From Diadema antillarum (taxonomy: Eukaryota), in assembly GCF_040938485.1 (NCBI RefSeq), contig NW_027271819.1, positions 496,001 through 560,000 on the forward strand: DNA of 64,000 bases, read 5' to 3'. Under the pieces are notes generated by a model. It had not been told where the DNA came from. It saw only the letters and a list, made by a program, of their open reading frames with translations, and searched no databases. Position 1 is the first letter of the stretch. Each line of letters starts with the position of its first letter. Of this stretch, positions 1 to 11,884 are shown one piece after another. The position numbers and the translations under genes were made by a program.

Positions 1-18
1 ATCAAGATTCATTCTTAT

Positions 19-407
19 AGGTACTGTGCAGTACTGGTTGAGGTGGGGATTCATGTTTTGAACATTCCTAAGTGAGATATGAGAAACCTCTTATGAAATA
101 TAAAAGAGCATGTAATTTTAAGAAGGATTCAACGTTTGTTTGATGAAAATTGGTGTTCAAATGGCTGAGATATCCAAATAAGCCATAATAATAAAAGGCG
201 ACAGGCCACGCCTTTTATTAGAATCTCTTCGTTTCACCTTGCTTTTGGATATCTCATCCATTTCAAAGCCGATGTTCATCAAATAAACTTTTGATAGGCC
301 TACCCCTTAGAATTGCATGCTCTTTGACATTTCATAGAGTGGTTTCTGAAAATCTCGCAAAACGTTCAGAGCTAAATCCTCACCTCAACCAGAACTGTAC
401 ACACCCT
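19..407. mobile_element. Diverged Kolobok-like (TTAA) MITE
   Basis: Imperfect terminal inverted repeats (AGGTACTGTGCAGTACTGGTTGAGGTGGGGA / TCCTCACCTCAACCAGAACTGTACACACCCT), flanked by TTAT (15-18) and TTAA (408-411). No ORF. Confidence 0.55.
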
Positions 408-411
408 TTAA

Positions 412-1095
412 GTTAGGTTTCAGATTTTACTCCGTTTTCAACCCTTTGTACAAAATTTTAATTAGTTGCACAGGGGTCAGATGGTAAGTATGGGAGTGTT
501 TGTTAACACCGTGACAATGGTCTTGCACAATGGCCATTATTGGAATGCTCTATTAGATATCCATGAGAAATTCCACTATCATAGCTAGTCTTGATTCATA
601 CTGGAATGTTGTGTATGCGAGCACATAAAAACATGTGCTTGTTATAATTTTTTTTTTTTAATGTGCATGCATTTTACCCTTCATCGTGAATTCAGACTAG
701 CAGTGCCCAGGGCATGCAATCCATCATGAATTATTAATAACGGATTCATGTGCCTTGAAGCAAGAGAAGTCTAGTCGGCAGAGCTCTGAAAAGGTGGTAT
801 TCGTGGTATTTATGTCTATTGTTCATGGTCATTGCAGGCACACACTCACATAAACATCACTAGTTCCTGTGTAAACTTCAATTTTGTACAGAGGGTCCAA
901 ATTTGAACAAAATCTGGAACTTACTTCAAAATCAATCCTTTATTTAATTAAACGGATTCATGCTCTCATATTCAAATCACCTCCAAGAAAATTGTACACT
1001 ATTCAGCTGTTATTCACATCAATGCCAGTGTTATCTGATGTATAGTTTTTGAACAATTAAGCATCAAAAGTGGGAAATGTTTTTGTAACACCTAG
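412..1095. mobile_element. Tc1/mariner-type MITE relic, same family as 35165-36384
   Basis: Ends in ATCAAAAGTGGGAAATGTTTTTGTAACACCTAG, matching the TIR of the 35165-36384 element. Internal blocks match its arms in reverse complement. Confidence 0.6.
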
Positions 1096-1119
1096 CACAA
1101 ATCATTTGTTAAGTAGGTA

Positions 1120-1900
1120 TAATTAATCTGCCAATACGGCAGGATTGCATCGCACTCTATCACAGGCTCTTTGGAAATGGCAAAGCTCTTTACCGTCTGC
1201 TCAATGACGTATTACCACTAGACACTAGTATCAGTTTTCGGTGTCGCCAATTCCAATAGGTGCCGTGCGCAGAGCAGGGATTTACCGGAGACAACCGGAA
1301 GCCACAATGGCAACGAGGAATCACACAAGGCATCTGTGACTAGGCGTTTTAGCTTGCGCAGAAATTTTTCTGCGCATTGGCGATACCGAGAATTTAGACT
1401 TCACATTGTTAATTTGGAAGAGATGGATGAGTAATACACTGGGTTAGAGTTTGGGTGGGAGTGTCAGGGGTAGATGGTGGTGTCAAGCTTACCCCGGTTG
1501 ATTGGTAGACTTTAAATCAAGATTGAAATGACGTTGGATGTCGAGAGCAGTTATATCCCATATTACTGTCGATTCATTGTACGATGACTTCATGTATGAA
1601 AGCTTTTCGGATCACCTAATGAAGCTAAGCTTTGACTTTATAAGTCGGAATATAAATTATAGAGACATGCTATGCTTCCAGGACATTCTTGATTACATTT
1701 CATACTGCTTTTCTCCCCGGTTCGTATAGGCCTAGCCTATCTCTATTTTAAATGCATGGTGCCATTGGCAGTTATCGCGTCTTCTGCTGGATAGATTTTT
1801 GCAATTAGTTTGGAAAATGGGGGTAAATTATGATATATTTGGATTTAAAGCATTTAGATCAAAAGGTGACTCGTCGTTTTATCTGAATTAGAAGTTACGA
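1120..1900 (+). promoter_or_regulatory. Conserved upstream block of NAT copy 1, paralogous to 19320-20395 upstream of copy 2
   Basis: Colinear similarity to 19320-20395 (e.g. AATCTGCCAATACGGCAGGATTGCATCGCACTCT). Contains the palindrome TGCGCAGAAA-TT-TTTCTGCGCA at 1355-1376. Regulatory role is inferred only. Confidence 0.35.
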
Positions 1901-1953
1901 AACATATGATTTGGTTAATAAAGAGTTCTTGCAGACTCTTCTTCTTCCATATT

Positions 1954-1985
<32 letters not shown>

Positions 1986-2215
1986 TATATATACATACAT
2001 ATTTTCTTTTGTCTTCTTGTTTACAGTAGTCTGTTAAAATGTATTCTGTTTACAGATAGTAAGTGTGTAAATCTTCATTAAACCCGCACGGATATCGACG
2101 GTGGCACCACTACCTGAGGTAGTACATTACTCGAGCTCGACAACGTAGGCCGACTCTGCAGCAAGGTCCGACTGAAAAACATGCAGTTACAAGGACCGAG
2201 TAACCTTCCAGCAAA

Positions 2216-2218
2216 ATG
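2216..2218 (+). CDS. NAT: NAT copy 1 start-codon exon (coding part is ATG only)
   Basis: CAGCAAAATG|GTGAGC donor. Phase 0 matches the acceptor at 3052-3053. The same arrangement precedes every paralog. Confidence 0.65.
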
Positions 2219-3053
2219 GTGAGCAAATCCTCTGTGCAGAGTTGCTAAATCATTTAGAAAAAGAATTTTTTTCTTCATCATAAAATGTTGGTCTATTGAA
2301 AAGGGTGGCAGAGTTTGAACTTTTCTTTTCGAATAGGAAATAAGTTTAGAGTATTAGCGAAAGTAAGTGGATAGACCTGTAATGATCTCCAATATTTTGT
2401 CTAATCACCAGCAACTTGGTGTAGTAGTGAAAATTTGTATAAAGGTCGGCGTTTGTGGAAAAATCCTCAGTTTCTTTCCTTCCGTTTTTATTTTGCTGTT
2501 TCTGGTTGTTTCTGTTTCTCCATATAATCATTATCTGCTAATATGATATGATACGTAGAGGAAAATTTTCATGACAATACCTTGCGAGCCATTTTCAAAA
2601 TGTAGAAAAATATAGCGAAAGATATAGGCATTCTTAAATTGATTGAGTTATCCTATACTCCCACTTCCTACTTCCAACTCCTTCAAGATAAACACATGAT
2701 CTAAGCCTGCGAATTCTCTGATTTCAATATTAATCACCTCTAAACGCTCACAAACGACATTGCAAAAATCATTGTGTTGTTCCAGAATCACAATAAGTTT
2801 AATAGCAGTTTAAACAATCTTGATAGGACCTTTTCGATTATTTTTTTTTCGCCTTTTCTTTGAATCTTATATGTCGCCTGTAATTGTATGCGATTATCAT
2901 GATTGTGAAACTTTTAATGCACTACTTCATCGGAAACATGCAGGCTGGACGTTGGAGGGAAAATGCACAGGTAACACTGCTCTTTTGACAAAGGTCCCTT
3001 AGATGAGACATTAAAAGAGCCATGTCTGATATTCACAAAATTATATCTTACAG

Positions 3054-3995
3054 GGAGGGCCAAGTGATACAAGCGAGGACCTGACAATTGAAACTTTGAT
3101 GACGTCAGAAGAAGGTTTTCGATTCGTACGCGATGTTCTAGGTGTGGCGTCACCTGAAGACAAGATTGTCTCTGACCCAAAAGGACTACTAAACAATATT
3201 GTGTGTCACTGGCGTCAAGTCATCCCATACCAGACAATTCATAGTGTAGCCACGCCCAACAAAGACAGGCGTCGCCCTACACTCTTGGAGATCAAGAACG
3301 ATATATGGGCAAAATATGGTGGTCTCTGCTACCACAATAATGTGGGATGGTACATGATGATAAAAGCTCTTGGTTACCAGGCAACCCTGGTGCCAGGTGA
3401 CGTCCTTGAGACCAAAAGCTGTCACGTGATCATCATGGTATTCAATCTATCTGGAGAAGGCAGCAAGCACATGTTGGATGTAGGAACAGGAAACTTTCCG
3501 ACATTCCAGCTGATCCCGCTGGATTTTGAGAGGGAATCTCCCGAGTACCACGAGTCTTTCTTGCGCTACAAATTACTACGACAAGGAGACGTCATCTTAC
3601 GCCTCCACAACGCGGAAAGCGACCCGGTGGGATCGGCTTGTTTCGAGAAAACCTTGCAGGACGGATGGTACACTTATGTGGAGATTCATCATGAAATGCC
3701 CGTAAAGGTCTCTTATTTTGATGACGTAATGTCGATGTTATTTACCGAGATATCTGAGGAGAACCCACTTCTAAGTAATGTGTGGTGAATATTCTTTCCT
3801 AACCGCCGGCTCCTTTCGATCAGGAACACCACTCTCTTGATAGAGAATGAGAATGGGCAGGTGGAAAAATCGTAATTCCTGTCACGTGAAGAGATGATCG
3901 AAACGTTTTCTCGCTTCTTTCCTCAGTTCAGTGAAGAAGTGTTGAATGCCGCTATGGATGATGAGAACATCAAACTGGACTTCAACAGGAAGTAG
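3054..3995 (+). pseudogene. NAT: Arylamine N-acetyltransferase copy 1, probable pseudogene or null allele
   Basis: NAT motifs IPYQTI, GGLC, H and LDVG are intact. In-frame TGA at 3786-3788 (Cys in paralogs) and TAA at 3873-3875 (Tyr in paralogs). The frame then continues to the family C-terminus AAMDDENIKLDFNRK* at 3995. Acceptor TCTTACAG at 3053. Confidence 0.85.
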
Positions 3996-4940
3996 CCTGC
4001 CAGTTTCTTTGACGATTTAAATTAACTAAAATTGACGTCAGTTAGACCACCAAACTTCACCCTGCCAAAGAAAAAAAAATTTCAGATTCCAATGACTAAA
4101 TCCACAAATAATTGTCAGTTTGGAGCCCGTGAAACATATCAAATTATCAGCGATTCATTAAGAACGTATCCGTTCTTCGACTTTTAAAAGATTGTTGAAA
4201 GTGTAAATAAAAACAGTCCTCGAGTGCAACATGGAGCTACTCCGTGAACTGTATAAAAAATAGACTTGTTCCTCCAACACACGTTACTCCGGCTTTGTCA
4301 GTATATCTTGCAGAACGTTTGATCACTATATATTGTGTAGGTACCCTACATTTTGAATAAATGTACGTTTTATATACTTACTACATGTTCATTGTAAATT
4401 AGCATCATCTGAATTTGTAAATGTAGATCTATATTTGAACCTTTAAGATTTATTTCAGCGCGAGGAGAGTTGTTACCGTTCTAAAATTTGTAGTCAATTT
4501 TGTTTGCAAATTATATCCTTATATCATACAAGTTACCTAGTTGTAAGGTGTTTATATTCCTGTCCCTGTGAGACGGGCAGAGGTATCGATAAATCAATTT
4601 CATATCAATCAATAACACTGAGAAATCGTACATTGGTTCCAAGATAATGACAGAATTGACGTGGTAACAGGCTGTATCAGTGATTTGCCCATGATCTCTT
4701 AAATTCTATTTAGCCGGCCCTAATCATCATGATTCAAACCGAAAGAAAAGGCACAGTATACTTGTAATATATAGTTCTTCAAACACACACACACACAAAA
4801 TAATATAGAGACAAAATGACTATGTTTCCACGTAATTTGTATTTGAGGAGTATACATTCTTTTTCGGGTCACCAATAATGTTCACATTTATAGGTTGTTG
4901 TTTTTCTGACCAAAACTTGGCAGCAGAGATAAAAAAGGGG

Positions 4941-5560
4941 ATTCATTCATTCATTCATTCATTCATTCATTCATTCATTCATTTTATTTAATCAGGGTAC
5001 TAACATCAGCTACGGCTGTTTTTCAGTTAGTCTGTGCAATACAAACAAGTATACATGACATGATACATTGTCACAGATGCAAAGCAAATGAAAAATACAT
5101 AACACTACACAAATCAATTTACATAATTATCATAGGCAAGACACAAAAATAGGGAATACTATCGATTTACAAGAAATAGAATTGCATTTACATTAAAACT
5201 TAAAAACAAATATCTTAAAATAAGTAATTGATAACAAACAGTGAGATAAAACACAAAATTACTAAAATATACACAAAAAACACTTAAAACTGGTAGATAA
5301 CAGATTACTGTAAAACGAACACTGCACACCCCCTCTAACTATCCTAACCTGCGCGTACACACACACACACACACACACATCCACAACCCCCCCACCCCGA
5401 CCCTATATATATCTTTGAAACAAACTCTAATAACAAAATAAAGCATACAATTTAAAATATCATCTGAACAATACAAATTTCTTTGCTCTTACTTAAAGCC
5501 CAAACAAAGTTCTGGTAGGCCTGCAAAAGTTGTCAAATTTCGCTCCCAAATGTGAACGTA
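4941..5560 (-). mobile_element. Probable LINE (CR1/L2-type) 3' end with (TGAA)n tail
   Basis: The minus strand reads ...AATAAAAATGAATGAATGAA...; (TTCA)n array at about 4941-4984 next to an AATAAA signal. Only a weak GAKF-like coding remnant near 5500-5560. Confidence 0.4.
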
Positions 5561-6602
5561 TGCTTGGGAAATGTGCAGGATAACGATGTTATTACAAGAT
5601 ATTCGATGGGTAACGACGAAAATGCGAAATATTAACCAAAAAGGTTCAGTCTCAGAACTTACCCGAACGGGGTCAGGCTAAACTCGGACTTAGGGATAAC
5701 TCGGCTTCGCTTTGACGGCGGGATGAGTTATAATGGTTGTCCCTCTGATTGTACAGTGTTGTCCTATGGGAGCCGCCTGTATAAACTAGCGCTTCGTGTT
5801 CTGGCTTCTCGCAGTAATGGTCCGAGTTGCTACAACGCGCGCATCCAAAACCTCTTTTGCGCGCAAGCAAAATTAGTGTGCGCCTATCAAGCACCTCTAA
5901 AACAATCAAAGGCCCTTGATAAACAACAACAAAAACTCCAAAGACCGCGCGTCTCAGCAACTGAGGACCGCGCGCTGTCATTTTTGTTTCAAGTGTTTTG
6001 TACAGGATTACGTTAGCACGCACTTTCCTGTCCATTCAGTTAGGCCTCATTTGGTACTTTGCAGTGGCCAGTAGAATGTGGCGGTCACTTACTGCGTGTG
6101 AATTGTCTGAAGTAGGGTCGAATTTTTCCCGAGACCGAGTTAGTCTGGAGCCTTCTGGAATAAAAGTCGGTTTTCCTACTATTATTATTTTTCTCAAAAT
6201 ACTCCAAATCGACTCATCATTCCGGCAAACCGCGTCAGCCAGGTAAGTTTCTTCGTGGACTCTTTCGATATATTGCAAGTAAAAATGAAATGGTGCTAGA
6301 CGGGTTCTCCAGCACTTACCGAAACTTAGTTTTCACTTTAAACAATTTCATCATCATTTGAAAGCTACTGGTTCTATGGCAAGCCGAATTCTCGCTGTTT
6401 TCGGTATCTCTGAGAGTGAAAAATGATAACATTTTGAAAATTGCAAGGGTTGACAAACAGATCCTATATCATAATGGATTGTCATTCTATTACAAAAACA
6501 ATGACCTTTCCAATAGTATGCAAAGTAATTGACATATTTGTAACAATATTGCTGAAACTACAGATCTTAGGGGTTCCGTTCTTTCTGGGCCCCCTGTTAT
6601 AT

Positions 6603-6915
6603 ATATATGGGTCATGACACGAGAAAAGGGCCCTTAGCACCGCTGCGCGCAAACGCCAGAAAACCGCGCGGAAGTTTGACAAAGCAATACGCGCAAAAAA
6701 AAGATCAACTGGCTATAACTACGCGCACACGCAAAGACGTATCAAAAAGTGACATAATTTGGGCAAAACATGCCTTTTTTAATGTCGTAATGGGGTCATT
6801 TAGGATTGGAAATTCAGAAAAAGATTTGAATATCTAAATGCGTCAGAGTTTCTTCTACAATGTGGAGGTAAAACCTCATTTTCGGTATTTAATGCCGTAA
6901 GGGCCCTTTTCTCGC
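6603..6915. mobile_element. Inverted-repeat MITE truncated by the assembly gap
   Basis: CGAGAAAAGGGCCCTTA at about 6620 is mirrored by TAAGGGCCCTTTTCTCG at about 6897-6914, immediately before the N-run. Confidence 0.35.
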
Positions 6916-7093
6916 NNNNNNNNNNNNNNNNNNNNNNNNNNNNNNNNNNNNNNNNNNNNNNNNNNNNNNNNNNNNNNNNNNNNNNNNNNNNNNNNNNNNN
7001 NNNNNNNNNNNNNNNNNNNNNNNNNNNNNNNNNNNNNNNNNNNNNNNNNNNNNNNNNNNNNNNNNNNNNNNNNNNNNNNNNNNNNNNNNNNNN
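6916..7093. other. Assembly gap (178 N)
   Basis: Run of N bases. The ORF 6876-7310 that spans it is an artefact. Confidence 1.
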
Positions 7094-7329
7094 ACAGTAT
7101 CACTTTTGGTCGGAGCGTTGCTGTTTGGAGTGCTGCCTCTTCAGAGTTTAACATGAATAGGGGACAATGGAAACCACATCGCTGCTCCTGTTTGCTGGTA
7201 GAAATCGTCTCTCCATGTGCAAAAGGTGGTATTGAGGCACATCTCAAGAAAAAAATGGATCTTTCACGGAGACAGTTTGGTCCAGTCTGGTACAGTTCCG
7301 TTAGATTCAAGTCCCTTTAGGAGGGTCTA

Positions 7330-7530
7330 GGGCAATTACCCCCTGGGCAATTACCCCGCACCCTTCCCCTTGCCTTAATCCTAATCCTAATCCTGAACCT
7401 AATCCTAACCCTAACCCAAACTCTTAACCCTAAACCTAACCCTAACCCTAATCTTTACTCTAAACTTACCACTAACTAGTATTTAGCCCGGGGGTAATTG
7501 CCTAGCTCTGGGGGTAATTGCCCGGATACG
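7330..7530. mobile_element. Small MITE with doubled GGCAATTACCCC inverted repeats and a telomere-like (CCCTAA)n core
   Basis: GGCAATTACCCC twice on the left and GGGGGTAATTGCC twice on the right, with degenerate CCTAAT/CCCTAA repeats at about 7375-7455. Confidence 0.5.
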
Positions 7531-7559
7531 CTTTACGATGGTACCGCATGCATCCTTAA

Positions 7560-7870
7560 AGGCCCTGTTTACCTTTGGGAGCAGTGATTTTTGAAAATGT
7601 TCAAGATATCCCATTTGATGCATATGTGTAGGTCTGTTGTATCACTAAACTCCCTACCATACAGTGCCATATACATTTTTTGCAATAAAGCCTAAAATAT
7701 AAGGACATATCAGTATTTTTCTCATTAAACCATAACAGTTACTGTAGACGGTTTAGTCGAGAAACATTTTTATTAAAAAAAAATGTACACATTTTGTATA
7801 TTTATCAATACCTTACGTGCATTATACTGGTTCAAAATTTTACATTAGTTGTTTCTATCCTGAAGTCACA
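7560..7870. mobile_element. Left arm of a TTAA-type (Kolobok-like) MITE, truncated
   Basis: TTAA|AGGCCCTGTTTACC start, the same terminal style as the 45222-45789 element. No right end found. Confidence 0.35.
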
Positions 7871-7934
7871 TTTTAGAACTATTTTGAAGCACTAAAGCTT
7901 TGTTTTTGTTTCATCTGTAAATGGTAAATTATGC

Positions 7935-8480
7935 CTTTAACTGGTACATTCCTGCATAGCGATTCAACATCAAAACTGACGAGGAGATCATAACCAGAGA
8001 CCGACATTTGACAGACCTTGTCAATGAATTGTTTGGAATTCTTCACGTAATGTACATTTTGGATATCAAGGGGCTGTAGGATAGCAGCCAGATGTTGGGC
8101 CAGGGCGTAGGTGGCAGAGCCCCTGGTTGAAATGATATGTCTGAGTGGAATAGCCGGTTGTGGATCTTTGGTGCCCACAGAGTATCGGGCACATGCCCGT
8201 TGAGATGCGTAGTTTTCAGAGAGGGTTGGAGACAAAGCGTCTTTCCGCTGTAGGGAGAGGAGCTTGTCATTCACCCTTCGTTCGAGAGCTGGTGTAGGGT
8301 CTCTGGGTAGTTTCTTGTAGGTGTCGGTATCCAGCATTAATGAATCTTGGTCTCATAATCCTCTTTCTCCATCATCAAAGCTGCATTCCCCTTGTGTGCT
8401 TTGAGGATGTGGATGGAATTATCCTCTCTTAAAACAGGAGATGCTTGATTTCTCGGCTTTAGCGAGGTTAGGCAGAGTGC
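7935..8480 (-). mobile_element. Penelope-like retroelement reverse transcriptase fragment (degenerate)
   Basis: Translation ILKAHKGNAALMMEKEDY...DTYKKLPRDPT...PLRHIISTRGSATYALAQHLAAILQPL...KNSKQF...SFDVESL..NVPV matches the Penelope-like RT N-terminal pattern (ADKGN, DPT, PLRPIIS, SFDVxSLFTNVP). Contains stops. Confidence 0.8.
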
Positions 8481-9389
8481 CTGCACTGACACCGACACTT
8501 TAACCTCTAATATTTTATACCTCTTACATTCTTTTTTTTTTGTGTGTGGAATTTTTGCTTCTTACATTATCACCTGTGACATATTCACTTGGACATATAC
8601 ACATTTAACATTATTAGGCCTACGTATACCTTTTTTTTTTTATTTGACTTTATCATTTCTAAAATCTATAGTATACGCAGGTCTGAATCTGCTCGGTGAA
8701 CGAAAGAAAAACAAACAAACATACAAACAAACAAACAAACAAAACAGCGTATCAGAAAATAAAACCCGCTTTTGGTGTCTGGCCACAAGAATGCTTCTCC
8801 AATTGCTTTGGTGCATACGACCCTGGTTATATTGCACAACGGACTCCGTTGCAACGAAATCCTCGGGTCCGGCAGTTTTCTTTCGATATATCAAAGATTT
8901 TGTTATAATCCAACAAAATAAATAGTAAAAAACATACAGCGATACTGACACGACTAATGAGGCATGAAGTTAATTTGTTGTAACCGAAGTTTTGCTATAA
9001 CCGTGTTTGTTATAATTGGAGAGTACTGTAACAATATGACCTATCCTTTTGGCATGGCTATAGTTATCCTGTCATCGAAGCAGAAAAAAAAAAAACTTTT
9101 GTCAAAGTCACTGAGGTGGCAAGTATTTAAAGCTTAGTAACAAGTTTCATCTATTTTCTCACCTTCTTATGTATCTTTGTGCTCTGCGTTGCATTCATCC
9201 ATTAACCTTTCTCTCCACTCCGTTCACCGTCCTTGTCCGTAAAGGTCTTGGGACAACGAGCACGGTATAAGCATCAGTACAGTGTTCAAAGAAGCATGTC
9301 TGGTTCTGCTACAATGTCACTTCCCCTCTAATAATTTCGCTACAAAATAGATATTCATCTGGTGATTTTGGTGAGCGTAATAAACGTCA

Positions 9390-9660
9390 GGGCCACAACT
9401 ATCGAAGTAGGCCTATGTAGTAACTTCAGCTTGACGAACGAACCATGCACTGAAAGCTGACTTGTCAACAAGGGTCGTCTAAAAATTGCAGTTACAATTG
9501 ACATGGAACTCTTCAGCAAAATGGTGTGCAAATCCTTTCTTCAGAGTTATAACAGTTTGTAAAATAGATTATGATGAACTATTCATCTATCTGAATAATA
9601 GACTATTTGATTTTGAATTTATCTTTCCGAACAGGCGGTTTCTCTCCAAAAAAGTCATTG
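9390..9660 (+). pseudogene. Orphan NAT first-exon paralog with no adjacent coding exon
   Basis: Aligns to 2100-2330 and 21825-22080. CAGCAAAATG|GTGTGC with ATG at 9521-9523. No NAT coding exon seen between 9.7 and 22.9 kb. Confidence 0.7.
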
Positions 9661-9923
9661 AAATTTTTGAAAATCATGTGCAACAAATCATACGAGGCTA
9701 TATTGCCCTATAGTTTTTAAACATTTCAGAAAAAAATTGTTTGTGTGCATGGCTTTCATGATATTCATGAATTAATTAGATAATGATTATCATTACCACC
9801 TGAGTAATGACCAATTATCTGCATAGTACTTTATTTGTCTATAACTGTGACACGACATTAATTTTTTTTTCTTGTGACAATTTCCCCAATTTAATTTTCT
9901 CCAAGGATTCCAGGTTAGGGTTA

Positions 9924-11884
9924 GTGTCCGATCAAGTATTTGTTATTTTATGAAATAATGTACGTGACATGAACTAAACATGTGCAAAATATAGGGGTGA
10001 TAGGGGCTGTTTTTCTTGATTTATTGCAAAGAAAGTTGCAGAAAGAAAGAAATATCTCAATACATCGAAGATAAGCTTTAATTTCAACCAAGTTTTTTTA
10101 CGTGATCCCGACATTGTTGCATAAACAAAGGCAAATATACGATAGCCCAAAGTCTCAGCTACGACATATTAAAATCTGGGAGAAATTCACTGAAGGGTAA
10201 GTGAGCTAGTGCTCGATAAAGACAATCATGTCAATTTTCACATCTAGAAAAATTCCCTCCCATGGAGATAACACGTCATTACGAGGATAGAGAAAAAACG
10301 TCCATATGACCTTTGACCCCACTTTGCACAGACAAGATGGCATCTGAGCAAAAAGTGATTATTTTGTAAAATGATTCTTGCAACATGGTCTTTGCGCGTG
10401 CAAAATATGGGAAAGATAGGACAATGTATTCACCAAGATACAGGACAAAAACATTTATGACCTTTGAGCCTAATTTACATACCCAAGATGGTGTCTGATC
10501 AAGTAGTTGTTATCTTATGAAATAATGTACGTGACATGAACTAAACATGTGCAAAATATTGGGCTGATAGAGCTTGTTTTTCTTGAGTTATTGCAAAGAA
10601 AGTTGCAAAAAGAAATGAATATGAAAATACAGCGAAGATAAGCTTTAATTTCAACCACGTTTCGGGACATAATCCCGACACCGTACGAAAAAAGTGAAGT
10701 TCATGTAACGATAGCTCAATGTCTCAGCTACAACATATAAAAATCTGAAAGAAATTCACCGAAGCATAAGTGAGCTAGTGCTCGATAAAGACAGTCATGC
10801 CAATTTTCATTTCCAGAAAAACTGCACTCCCATAGAAATAACACGTAAACTGGTCAAATTTGACAAGATTACTTCCAATCAGTTTTTACGAGGTGATGCC
10901 GTTATCCAATCAAAATGTTGTTATACATTAATGAAAGAAAATTTAATAAGCTACAACATACTGAAATCTGGGTGAAAATTGGGAAAGGATAAGTGAGATA
11001 CGCTCGAGTGAACTTGAAATTTGATGACGTCATTTTGAAAATTTACTTTTTTTATTTTATTAAGAAATTCTATATCTTTTAATCATTTTTCCAGCATCGC
11101 CGCCCCATGAAATGACATGTACAACTCAACAGCTTTCAGACTATGTAAAGAAAATGGGGTCACCGTCCATCCTGACGAGTAAAATCGGATTAAAATTGAC
11201 GGTTTTTTTTTGCATTGTTGCACTGTATATCGCCACTGACGCGCGCGTGGAATTTCAACTTTGACGGGCCTGTATGACGTCATATTGAGTCGGATTACCT
11301 TGAAACATGGTAGAAATATTCCTTGACATTTCAGGCATCCAATAAGTGTGAAAAACGAAAAATTTCTATTCCATATGAGCTGTGCGTGTGTATGTGTGCG
11401 CGCGCGTACGTGTCCGTCCATTTTTTCAATTTTTCAAAAAAAAAACTCCAAATGGTCTAAAACGCGTGCAAAAAAAATTGAGCTCGATTTGAGCATACAA
11501 ATATATCAACAGGCGCGTACGCGCACATTTTAAGAGAAAATATTAATTTTGAGAATATCAGTAGAATGCGCATAAGTTCAAATATATGTGACGTGAATTT
11601 CATTGAAAAATTCCATTCCATTAATGAGATATGATTGAGAATGTGTTTTCATATAATGACGTTATAGTGACGTCAAGGTCGACTGATCACTATGATACAT
11701 TAGATCTGTCGTCTTTGGGACATGATACATAATAATTATGGTAGGATTTTGAAATTGATAGCAAGAGGACTTTCTGAGCTAATTGATACACAACTTTTGT
11801 CCAGAAATAAAGAAGAAGAAGAACCACCAACAAAGAATCAGTACAGATACAGAAGGTGATCCGAGAGGATACTCGGATCACATA
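9924..11884 (-). mobile_element. Helentron-associated (HINE/DINE-1-like) element, copy A, 3'-truncated
   Basis: Direct repeat of about 16269-18257. Terminal hairpin GTGATCCGAG-AGGATA-CTCGGATCAC at 11856-11881, adjacent (GAA)n, and an internal tandem unit of about 567 bp (9924, 10491). Confidence 0.6.

Noticed and set aside
3786-3788. In-frame TGA aligned to Cys in paralogs, suggesting selenocysteine recoding
   Set aside because: It is not the catalytic Cys, a second stop (TAA, 3873) follows, and I saw no convincing SECIS-like hairpin downstream. Nonsense mutation is simpler.
6876-7310. 144-aa ORF
   Set aside because: It spans the N gap and is an artefact.
7096-7320. 74-codon open plus-strand frame after the gap (SITFGRSVAVW...)
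   Set aside because: No recognisable motif, and truncated by the gap. It might be a transposase scrap but this is unsupported.
9913-9923. GGTTAGGGTTA at the truncation point of HINE copy A, suggesting telomerase healing
   Set aside because: Under two repeat units, so chance is plausible.
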